A DNA stretch of 63,814 nt, the filler included. It is 12 parts of 12 records of this genome, joined end to end, with 100 filler letters (N's around TTAATTAATTAA, not from the genome) between each part and the next. Parts side by side here need not be neighbours in the genome. Positions count along the whole stretch, not along the records: positions 4,434 to 13,135 come from SRR7504441_10891; positions 13,236 to 19,032 come from SRR7504441_10900; positions 19,133 to 23,379 come from SRR7504441_10905; 9 more parts are not named here. One strand, given 5' to 3'. Below are positions 9,557-20,315 of the stretch, piece after piece. Positions within the stretch are counted from its first letter, which is position 1. Every line of letters starts with the position of its first letter. The position numbers and the translations under genes were made by a program. The notes below the pieces were generated by a model. That model was not told where the DNA came from and did no database searches. It was given only the letters and a program-made list of their open reading frames with translations.

Positions 9557-12500
9557 TCACCACTCGATATCTTGAATCAGTTCTTCAAGGTTCACCATCA
9601 CCTTCATGTCTCGCTGCACCACTGCCTGAAAGTATGCTTTCTTACCTGCCATGCGACCAGCGTTTCGGGATTGCAGGATCCGTTGGCAGATGAGATTGTA
9701 GGCTAGAGCATGCTCTCCGGTTGCATTCATATCGGCATGAATCCACCCATCGACACTCCTGTCCTCATTGTAAAATTGTAGTTCCGTGTTCCTATTGATC
9801 AGGCTACCCTCATTCCCCTGTATCTTGATGATCGTTTCGACTGCGCTCTTGTCCAGCTGAAAGACACTTGTGATCCGGGGATCCGCTACTGTTGTCTGAA
9901 TGTCGCCATTTGGTCCTATATAATTCAGCTTACACATCATCGAGCCATCTCGTCGGAATTGAGATGGAAGCTGGGTCGTGCTAATCACACAGACCCGCGA
10001 GCGCGTCGTTGCAGGTGCCGATCTTGGGCTATTAGGCTCACACACACGCTTATGAATCGGCCAATGTGTAGCCTGGCACTCTTTTGAACAGTATACCACT
10101 TGCTTGCACCTTGAGCACTTTTTTAGAGACGTGTTCGCTGCACGTAAATCACAGTTGGCACACACCTTACCTATAGATGCTCGTTCGGCTCTAATGTATT
10201 GCAGCTGTTCTGAGCTGAGCGCAATTTCGTCTCCGTCAACACTTGTGTAGAAGGCCACTGGGTCACATGTCTGTTTGTGCTCGTTGGCATCCGCCTCTAG
10301 GCAGCGTTGGGAACAGTATGCAAAGTTAGAACACTTGGGGCACTCTAACATTCGTAAGTGTGGTCCGATTACCACCTGACATTTGGAACAATGCAGACGT
10401 CCGAATATGTGAGGGTTCGTCTTTTTGGACAGTAGTCTTTCACTGCAACCGCACTTTGTGTCGGGTCTGGCCTTGTTGTGAGCTATCAACGAGTCCATTG
10501 ACTCGACTAATTCCATCATTTTTGCTACGCTTATTTCGTTTTTATAGAGTAGATGTTGTCATCTCGTACGCTTGCTCTGCCGTGAATTATGATGCCAGTC
10601 TCATTCATGCACGCATTGGCTTTGATTTGGTTGCCGTTGATCTCCAACTGTTCAACTCCCATCTCGACCATAATACCACATTGGTTATTGCCGATGATCT
10701 CACAGTTTGAAACAGTCCCGCAGGTGCCACCATTGTACTGTATGCCGCCCCACCCATTTTGAGAGATTTTGCATTCGACAATCTTGATCTTCACTGGCTC
10801 AGAATTGGAGTCAGCCTCTGGTTGAACAGTAACACCAAAGAGCTTGTTTTCTTTCACCTCATTTCCATGGAAACCAACGCCCGTTGCAGCTAGTATGGCA
10901 CCCGAGTCCAGGTTGGCCTGAATCAGATACCAGGGCCAATGGTCGTCTCCACGCTTGCATGTTGCCAGATCAAGATACCACAACTCTTATTGCTGAGGAA
11001 CTTGGAGTTTTGTACCATCGCTGCAGCTCCAGTCCGCACATCCAGCCCATTAAGGGAGTCACTTGCAACACAGTGCTGCACTTTTACCTTGGTACGTGGA
11101 CCGACACACAAGATAGCAGCGCCAATTGCGATGGTCACGTTGCACATGAGCATCGTAGCTTCCACGCGGTCGCAAGAGGAACATCCGATGCAAATCGCAG
11201 CAGCTGTTGCACTGAATGCCGTGCAGTTTTCTAGAACCACTTTTGTGGCTGACCTCACGTGGATGGCATGGCAGCCTAGTTCCTTGTCACCACTGTGGCC
11301 CTTTGGGGCAAGCGTCTCGAAAGTCAGGCCAGAAATGCTCACATGGCTAGCCTCTATGACAATACCATTAAGGTAAGATCGAATGATTACTGGATCATTG
11401 CTCGCAGCACGTATACTGAGGTAACTGTGGCGAATGTGAAGGCCAACTTTTTCGATGTAGGTTCCTCCCTGGACTTTTATCACGGTGCCTGAAGTGACGC
11501 GGCCGCTGCTGAGGGCATCACTCAAGCTGGCAAAGTCTGCCGATCCTTCACAGTCCACTGCAATCTCTTGTCTCAGCTGCACGGTCACCAATGCTGTCCT
11601 CATCCACAACGGAAAGATTGATTGGAGCGCCCGAGAGTTCAGACTCTGCCTCGCTGCCACTCCAAAAATTTGCCGTGGCCTGTTGATTCAAGTATCGGTC
11701 CAAAGCAGAACGAAAGCTGTCGGACATGGCATCGAGTTGTTGTTGACGATCCCGGCCGATCAGCTTGGTCTTATTAAGCTTTCGAAGGGTTCGGATGAAT
11801 AAGGAGCGGTCAGTATCGAGCGTTATTCCACCAGGAAGGTAGGCATCTAACATAGTAGCTATGTGCAGCAGGCATTGCTTTGCACCATTGTCGCTTGCTT
11901 CAAGGTATATCTCCATGCGCTTCTCATCTGCCTCGATCGCCATTTTCAAGCGTCGAACAGCTTTACTCCAGCTGCTATCTCCTCCTACTTGCAACTGCCG
12001 TCGCACAGCCGCAAACACTAGTTCATAAAGTGCATCGGCGCGTTTTTTATCTTCTGGCAGACCCTGGCTGATGTAGTGCCACAGATGCTGCTCTGCAGTC
12101 TTTAAAATGTGGGATTCTGTCTCTGGATCGGCGTCGGATGTCGAACTTGCATGAAGCATTGTATGGCCCACGGCCCACAGATTTTGGCGGAATGTTGGGT
12201 CTGCAGCGCGGCCCCGTTGGAACCACAGTAAGGCGGTGTCATGATCTTGTATCCAACCCAAGGATGTACCGATGTGAAAGCAGACATCTGCCCGATTCGA
12301 CAAGTCGTCCTGATTGAGCAGAGGTTGCAATGCCTCACGAACTTTAGGCCATGCAGCGGTCAGAATGTGCATGTGTACAAGAACGAGCCTGGCTGCGATT
12401 GGGAGAGACAGGCCAGAGTGCGGTAACCTGTGTTCTGAAGAACTCGTAGTTTGGACCCGTTTTGCTGCAGCAAGAGCAAACGCGTGAAGATCTCCTGGGG

Positions 12501-13119
12501 ACATTACTTGAGCAGTTGAGAGAACTGAAGCTGCCATGCGATCAATACCCACAGCATCATTTCCGAGACGAAGTGCATCAAAGGCCAGCATCGCTTGCAG
12601 ATTTGCTGTCATGTACATGGCTTTCTGTTGCGGTGAAGGCATCTTACCTGTAAGTCGCTTCAGTGCCAGCCACGTGCCGTAGAACCCTTCCCTGAACGGC
12701 GAGGTATATCTCAATCCTGTGTAAGGATTGTAGATTTCATCTTCGCCTGGATCTGGGAAGAGTTTTGCCAGTCGAGGAAGGCTATCATCGGATTCACGGG
12801 CCCTTTTCGTTTTGTGTTCTTCCTCGTACATTGGCAGGTAGATTGATAATGGGACTTGCATTTGTTCACAAGCCGCCACGTCCCTGTGAATTGAGTGCAT
12901 GAATTTGAGAGAAATTTCTCGCTGATGATGCAGGTCTCGTTGGAGCGCACTCTTCAAGACTGGTTCGATACATATAGCGGTGTCCTTCATTCCAGAAAGT
13001 AGCTCGGCGTCATTTCTTGGAGCTTGAGTTGTTGCATCATCTCTGCATAGCTGGTTGACGCATTCAAACCAGAGTGATTGCAGCTTCATGTTAGACGCAT
13101 CGACATGTGACGCATCCAT
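9557..13119 (-). pseudogene. TPR-like + right-handed beta-helix + two MYND zinc fingers, split by frame breaks (pseudogene, assembly error or recoding)
   Basis: Four abutting or overlapping ORFs (11548-13119, 10923-11660, 10531-10983, 9557-10519) form one continuous architecture. MYND motifs CPKC..YCSQRC and CANC..CSRCKQVVYCSKECQATHWPIHKRVC; PbH1-like repeats. Confidence 0.65.
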
Positions 13120-13235
13120 TAGTGATTCTAGGGCCNNNNNNNNNNNNNNNNNNNNNNNNNNNNNNNNNNNNNNNNNNNNTTAATTAATTAANNNNNNNNN
13201 NNNNNNNNNNNNNNNNNNNNNNNNNNNNNNNNNNN

Positions 13236-14343
13236 ATGGATCTGGACGTGGATGTTCGGTTTGTGGAGATCCCAGATGTTGCTGACCCGGGCCAGAGCAC
13301 CAGGGTACTGCTCCCACGGGCCGGCTGCTACAGCCCCGCTTGCCAGGTCCCAATGCTCTCTTCCCGCCGGCCTGCTCCACCCAAGCCCCGGGAGCCCCGC
13401 CGCCGCTCGTGCTTCCTGACCGCACTGCGGCGACCATCGATTCCCACACTCCCATTGGTAAGTGCAGGAGTGAGCAGCTGGAGCCGACCTGGGACAGGTC
13501 GACGAGGAGCGAATGGCTCGAGTGTTGAACCCTCAGGTGGAGCACGGCGTTGCTGGGTACCAACGCGGCGGTTGCAGCCATGGCGGCACACGGCGCGCTC
13601 CACTGCGAGCTGGAGCGATGGACTACCGCCACTGCTGCAGCGCGAGCTTAGCCACTACCGGGCGCGAGCCCATCCCAAGGTTTGAGAATCGGGGCCCCTA
13701 GCCATCGAGTAAGCCTTTTGCAGACTGCAAGATTGAGCGCAGACTCGTGGTCGGACCGACCAGCCTCTAAGCGACATGTTCAATGCAGAGCAGCAGCATC
13801 TCATGGGGATCTGGAGCGTCGCCTGTTTGAGTCCGCTACTGATCCTCATGTTTGTTTTCAAATGGGACTGGATCATCCTGTGAGCAGAGATTAAGCGTAT
13901 GCGGTCTGTGAGAGGTATGTCAGGTGTTGGGCAGAACGAGCTACTCTCGGCTGGCTTCTGTTCGCAGGCCAGGGGCGGTATGCGTGCCAAATGGTAAGTC
14001 TGAATTCACGGATCACATCAGTGAAAAGGTGCTCGGTACGGACCACACAAGCTGGACCTCGGCCAAAGGCAATGATGCAGCAGTGCCACGAAACTCATCT
14101 GACAGCGACTCGTCAGATTCCGATTCAATGGAGACACGGTCAATCATGGTCACAGAGGGACAATTTGAGCGTCTGTATCTAGATCTTCTTCAGGCCAGCA
14201 GTGATGAATCTGTACCGCCGATGTGGCTGTGGACTCGAATCGGCAAAACCCAAGAGTCAGGATCTCATGGAGAACGTGCCAATGCACAAAGAATTGATGC
14301 ACGAGACCATCTCGTACACAATTGTGGGCCGGGAGCACTTTAA
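13236..14343 (+). CDS. Multi-exon hypothetical protein (possibly 5' partial)
   Basis: ORF fragments join through about five GT-AG introns of about 40 nt to a stop at 14341-14343; no recognised domain. Confidence 0.45.
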
Positions 14344-14861
14344 TTAACAGTACCGACCCTCAATTAATCACCCACACACTACCCACACACGACACCGGCG
14401 GATGCATGCATGGGCAGCCGCCAGCCGGCAGCGGCGCGGTCAACCTAATTGTACATAAGAGATCGCCCGGTATCGGAAGCTCGCCGAACCAGACACAAAT
14501 TGATCGTTGTGAGGCTAGCCTAACTAGAATTCTCTCATAAATCGAACCGTCAGTTGACCGTCGGCAGCCCGGCACTACCCCGGTAATACATGTATGCAAA
14601 AGTACGTATTATTAATCCTGAAACGGAAAGCGCCTTGCGAGACGCGCGAGCAAAGTATACACCGAACCACCCAAATTTAAACTAGAGAAGTGTCCGCAAG
14701 CCATGTGCGATACCAAGTCGCCGTCCTCAGCCACATGACCTCAGACCGCACATGGCAGCGGAGACTAGCTTGAACCCCACGAGCTACTGCCCACCCACCA
14801 GACACTCACAAGGCAGCTGCAGCTTTGTCTGCACCTGCTGATCGCGAGATGCGCACGGGCT

Positions 14862-15215
14862 CTACCGCCACGAGGAGCCGCTGCTCGACTGCTGCTGCTG
14901 CTGCCTGCGACCCGCTACCAGTGAGGTCAAGCCCGACCCTGGGCGATACATCTCAATAAAGGCCTGCTGGATCGCCTGGAGCGACTCCATGTACCGGTCG
15001 CTGCACTGCGAGAGGCAACGCTGCTCGCTGCTTGATAGGCGGCTCCCGGGGGAGTCCACGCACTTCTTGAAGCACATATTGCTCATGATCTGAGCCACCG
15101 TACTCAGCCCGGCGGCAGGGGGGGAAGCTGCCTGGACCATCGATGACACCTGCTGCTGCTGGAGCTGCGCCGTGATCCCCTGCTTGAGCTCCGACACGCT
15201 GGGTTGCTGAGACAT
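14862..15215 (-). CDS. TIM13: Mitochondrial intermembrane small Tim chaperone (Tim13-like)
   Basis: Twin CX3C motif: CFKKCVDSPGSRLSSSEQRCLSQCSDRYME. Inferred GC-AG intron 15090-15131 and a 45-nt GT-AG intron. Confidence 0.8.
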   Translation of the reverse strand: MSQQPSVSELKQGITAQLQQQQVSSMVQAASPPAAGLSTVAQIMSNMCFKKCVDSPGSRLSSSEQRCLSQCSDRYMESLQAIQQAFIEMYRPGSGLTSLVAGRRQQQQQSSSGSSWR

Positions 15216-15318
15216 CGTCCCGCGTCGTCGGAGAGTTCCTCGAGCGACAAGATGACTTTGTCCGTTGCAACGGAACTCAAGGTCCACTGAATATGTATGA
15301 AACGAGGGTGCGGCTCCG

Positions 15319-18300
15319 ATGAAGGGTGAGTTGCTCGAGCCGAGGCCCAATTGCCCGCTCACCGGTAAGCGCCTCTGGGCTGTGTGCCGCTGGTCTGACC
15401 TGGGGGCGACAGATGGCCGGTCGAACCTGTCCAAATGCTTCCTGACCCTCGGCCGGCGAATCAAACAGCTTCAGGAGCAGAGCGGTGCTGATCGCTCCCA
15501 GCCCGGCCGCCTGGACCCCGAGGAGGATGTTCCGGCCCCGGAGACTTCCACTACTACCGTCGGTGTCCAAACCGAGAAGATCCTGGTCGCGATTCACAAG
15601 TGGTCCAACCTTATGGCCGCCACCACCCAGGTGCCCGCCGCGTCTCCGCTCTCGCTGACCGCAGTGTTAGACCGACACGAGTGCCGAGTACCTGGACTGT
15701 GCTGCTCAGACCTCAGAAGAGTACACTGCCAGCGAAGACGCCTGGGATGAGGCTTGGACTGCGGCTAGTGCGGCTGTAAAATGCGGCGGTGCGACTTGGT
15801 GGTGCAAGCAGGCGGCTGCGGGGGCTATGGTGCACGGGCTGCTCCCTGGGGTGTTCTGGCGGTGGATTGCTCGAACTGGCAGTGCAACCATGCTGCTGCA
15901 AAATTTGGGGCGGAGTTGGGTCTTTCAATCAAGGTACACTCGACTGGCCGCCAGGTACCTGTATGGTCCCGACGCGGCGAGGCTACGACACCACAATCTG
16001 GTGCTCCAGCACCTGGTCTGCTCTGAGCGTGCGTATGTCTCTCTGCTCAAGCACTTGATGTCTGCGCTTGGTGAGCCTACCACAGAATCGCAAGCTGTGT
16101 TCCCTGGGTTGAGTGAAATGGTGCAAGCGCACGAGAAAGTGCTGCAGTTCTTGGATCACTCTCACCAGCAATGGCCGCGCTGCCCGTCAGTTCTTCAAAT
16201 GGATCAAATACTCTCCCATGTCTCGCCGCTGTTGTCAGTGTATGAGACCTTTGTGCCGAACGCCCCAGCAGCTCTCGAGTTGTGTAACCATCTCTTTACC
16301 AGCCAGAATCTGCAGTTTGTTCGGGCTGCACAACGGCTCCTTGAGATGCTTGCGCCACGGGCAAGTCCGAATCAGCTCGCAGAAGCTGGCCATGTTTCTG
16401 GCAGTGCTCTGATGGCTCTTGTGCTGCTGCCACTGCAGCGAATTGCCACGTGAGTGTCGGCCTGAGTGCTGAGCCATGAGCCGTGGGCTGCAGGTATGGA
16501 GACTGGGTCCAATTAGGGCTGAGCGCTGGCGACGGCACTGCAGGCGCAGCTGAAGCGTTGGGAGCCCTCCGAGACAAGTTATCTCCAACAGTGGCCCATG
16601 TCAGCGACATGGCAGCAGCACATCTATTTGCATTTCATCGCCAGTTCAACACTGCCGCTGAGGTGCTGCTTGCCCTGCCCACTGCTTCTCCAGTTCGGGC
16701 TGCTTTGCGTGCCCAGTTCACCAGTCCAATCAGTGGCGCTACTGTGAATGGCTTCCCATCAACAGCTTACATCTTCTCAGACGTGCTGGTGTGGGGTGCT
16801 TATAATCCAGCTCTTGGTCCTGGTGAAGCGGTGCTTGGAGTTTATCCGCTTGGCAGGCGTTACGAGCATCGGTCAGATGGAGCTTTAATCCTCTATGGCA
16901 GTGATAGCCACGACGCCCTTGTTGTAAAGGGGCAGCAGCCTGTGATTTCCGCGATGACAATTGCCGCAGCTGTGGCAATGGCCTTGCAGCCTGTGGTTTC
17001 TGTTGTGCTTCCACAACATCAGCCGGCAGTGTTGCCAGTTCCTCCCCGTTTGCTGCAGCGGGTGGCAAGGCTTCGAGGAGCTGCGGCCAAAAGTGTGATG
17101 GTGGTGCACTATCAGCTCAAGGGGCACCTAAGAGGGTTTTCTCACTCGGACTTCTCAGCAGCATATGCTAAAGAGGTTGGTGTTCCACTGGTGAATGTGA
17201 GCGTGGTTGCTGTCAAGCCGGAGGATGGCAATGTGACTCTGGAGGTTGAACTGCCACAGCCAAATCATGATGCTGTGGTGGGGTTGGCATCGGCTTTGCG
17301 GACCCAGCCAATTGCAGGATGGTCAGTGCTAGCAGAGCCAACGATTGAGCTTCCAGGAGCTCCTCGTGAGTTGGAATGGGCTCTTCAGCTCCTTGGTCTC
17401 CCTCACAATAAAATCAAACACCAAGAGCTGTCGACAATCTGCACCCACGCGCAGTTGCCTATTCCTAATTGCTCGAACGATGGGAATCTTGTAGGGCTGG
17501 AGCAACTTAGGAGTTGGTTGGCTTGCGAGCACTTTACCTCAAAGAGTGACCAAGAACTAGATGCCGCACTTTCACCGGTTGCAGCCGCAATAAGGGAGCA
17601 GCTTGTTAGGAAATGGTCCACTGCTGTGCTGACAGCATTTGGACCAGAAGCCAAAGCAATCAATGCCAGTGAGTTTGGAGCCATGCTGCAAGCTTACGAT
17701 CCTGGGCTTTCAAACTTGCAGGTCGAGGCGAGTGTTGCTGGAGTTGCATCTGCTGCTGGGCATATTGGGCATGGCGAGCTCTGTGCTTGGTTACGCGACA
17801 CATTTGGTCATCTTCACAATAAAGAATTCGAGATGGGGATGCGGCAAGTGGTACAGCATGCCCAACTAAAAGCAACTGTTCTAATTATCTCAGATTCGGA
17901 AGAGGAAGTCTTGCGTTATCACGCTCTAGAGGCACGAGCTCAGTACCAGAATGCAATTCGGCGCACCAGCCAGATCCAAGAGCAAATCGACACGAGCGAC
18001 AGGTCTGAAGCAATAAAAGCTGAACAAGAAGCTTTCAATAATTGGATGGCCGCCGAACAAGACTGGGAACAGCACCAGGCCGCGGGAGCTGGGGTTGTAA
18101 CTTTATGGTTGTTGCTTCGGGGATGTGGTGCAGTTGTGAACGCAACAGCTCTTGCAAGGGAACAGTGGCAGGCAGATCTTCGGAGCGAGATTGCTGGAGC
18201 ACTCGAAATGAATGCTCAGCAAGTGCAAGTCTTGGCACTGCGTGAAAGCAACGCAGATGCAGTTTTGCAGCTGCAATTGACCAAAGAGTCTGAGTTACAT

Positions 18301-18855
18301 GAGATGGTGAGTGCACTACGGAAGCAGATCAATCATAGTGCGAGCGCTCTTCGGTCAATGCCTATCATGCAGTCTGTTGCTTCTGATATTCCAATCGAAC
18401 CTCGCTTTGGTAGTTGTTGCACTGCTCCGTCGCTCGGGATGTCACCCAGAAGTCGGGAGGAGCACAGCTCCACTCTAGGGCTGCGCGTGGTTCTGCACCA
18501 GCCGGAGGCACTTAAACATTTACTTAGCTTTCTTGCTGGAAATGGAAAGGCGGGACCACTTCTACTTTTTCAAGCAATTGATAAATACAGGGAGACCGAG
18601 AGTTGGGAAGCAAGAGCCGCATTACTGGACATAATGCGGTCGTTGCATTGGAGCTCGTATGCTTCTGCAGGCTTAAGAGTGCACTTGCCACTTGAGACAG
18701 AGAGTCAAATTGAGGGAAGCATCGCAGCTCATCAATTTTCCGTACAACTTTTGGACAACACTCAGGTGTCAATCAAGAGGCTAATTGAGGTGAAGTTTCT
18801 GCCCGAGTTTGCAGAAAGTCAGCAGTATAAATCATGGAAGAGCGAGACTGATTAA
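15319..18855 (+). CDS. Large signalling protein: IQ-like + DH (RhoGEF) + PH-like + EF-hand-like + C-terminal RGS domain
   Basis: LLQNLGRSW (IQ-like); LQHLVCSERAYVSLL and LLPLQRIAT|Y (DH); LRVVLHQPEALKHLLSFL...LLFQAIDKY...KFLPEFAESQQY (RGS). Introns near 15631 and 16450. Confidence 0.7.
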
Positions 18856-19319
18856 TTGCTAGTCAGTAGTGTGCACGCACACTTGCCACACAGACTACAC
18901 ACAGACTACATCAATATGTGTCCTTGGTTACACGTATGTGATTAATTAATAAAGATCCACAATATAATAACACGTAAATAACACGTAAACGTGTCAGTTG
19001 CGGCGAAGTCAACGCATGTACAGTACATGTCTNNNNNNNNNNNNNNNNNNNNNNNNNNNNNNNNNNNNNNNNNNNNTTAATTAATTAANNNNNNNNNNNN
19101 NNNNNNNNNNNNNNNNNNNNNNNNNNNNNNNNTTTCAAGTATCAAATGTAATATAACAAACTACAAACGAAGACGAAGGCGGTACCAGATTCCTTGCGTA
19201 CTAAAAAGATTGAAGCCACCGATGCACGATAAATTCGCTTTACTAACCGAAACAATACATTGCTGCGTATTCTCACAAGCTAATGAAGCTATAGTTACTG
19301 TTTAGCTATAGTACTCTCC

Positions 19320-20200
19320 TCAGCGAGCGGCTCCTAGCTCTCGGACCTCCTCCGCGGGCCGAACCCCGAGATCGTCCACCTCTGCGCTCGTGTATTGTAG
19401 CAGACTCAAACTACTACTGCCGCCTTGCTCAGCATGCAACGGCCCATTATGTTGCGCCTCCGCGATCAAAACTTCGTTCTTCTCCCGACTATACTGCGTG
19501 AAGTATTTCATCATAAACAAGTCTCCTAGAATCCACAACGGGCCGCGCGGCTTCGGCACGTCCAAGGCCATAATTCCCGGTGTACAGGACTTGCGGACAC
19601 CTTTGGCGCTCTTCATTTCGAAAATGAAGTCTGACTTGTTCATCTTGTACTCCTTGACAAACTTCTTGCCTTGCTTGCCGGTCGCTTCGAGCAACAAGCT
19701 AATATCCGGCACCTTATGCCAATTCGAGCAGTCGTGCATTATTCCCAACCGATCCAGCACCTTTGCTATCCCCCCGTGTGGACCCGTCACCAACGATGTC
19801 CCCGAATCCATCGCCACCCGGCAGCCCTCATCCGGACAAAGCGGCAGCCAGGTGTTGCTCGAGCCAGTGTCAAAGATCACGCGGAATTCCTGCCCGACCG
19901 GTGAGCTGCCGTTAGGATTCCACGCGGTCACCTGCGCCGGCGAGCCAATCCCAACAGTCCCAACGAACTGCGTGAACCTAACCCCAACGGTGTCACGCAC
20001 CGCCAGCCTCCGGCTCACCCGCAGTTCTGGAGGTCTACAGGCTCGGGGTCGCGCTGGAGCCGCTGCAAGCGGTGATGGTGGGCCTGCAGGGCCTTGTGCA
20101 GCAACGGATGTTCCAACGGACGCCTCTCCAGCCGCACCCCGCCCGCCTCCCCGGCCAGCAGCAGCAGGGCCGCCCACCAGCCGCCCTGCCACCAGACCAT
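19320..20200 (-). CDS. Pepsin-family (A1) aspartic protease with a large internal deletion
   Basis: Signal peptide; QFVGTVGIGSPAQ|EFRVIFDTGSSNTW, then DSGTSLVTGP and GPLWILGDLFM. Two GT-AG introns. The catalytic Asp motifs are only 21 codons apart. Confidence 0.8.
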
Positions 20201-20315
20201 CTTTGCAAGAGATGAGCAATCTCTGCTTGTTTTGCCGTTGTTTCCGTTTCGTTACTCCACCACTGACGCAAGGTGAAATGCCGCGCGCCGCCCGGGCCGC
20301 GAGCCGCCTGGCAGG

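Noticed and set aside
10919..10953. A 35-nt GT-AG intron explaining the second break in the beta-helix gene
   Set aside because: It is formally in phase, but it would delete a well-fitting beta-helix strand and lacks the branch spacing seen in other introns. Disfavoured, not excluded.
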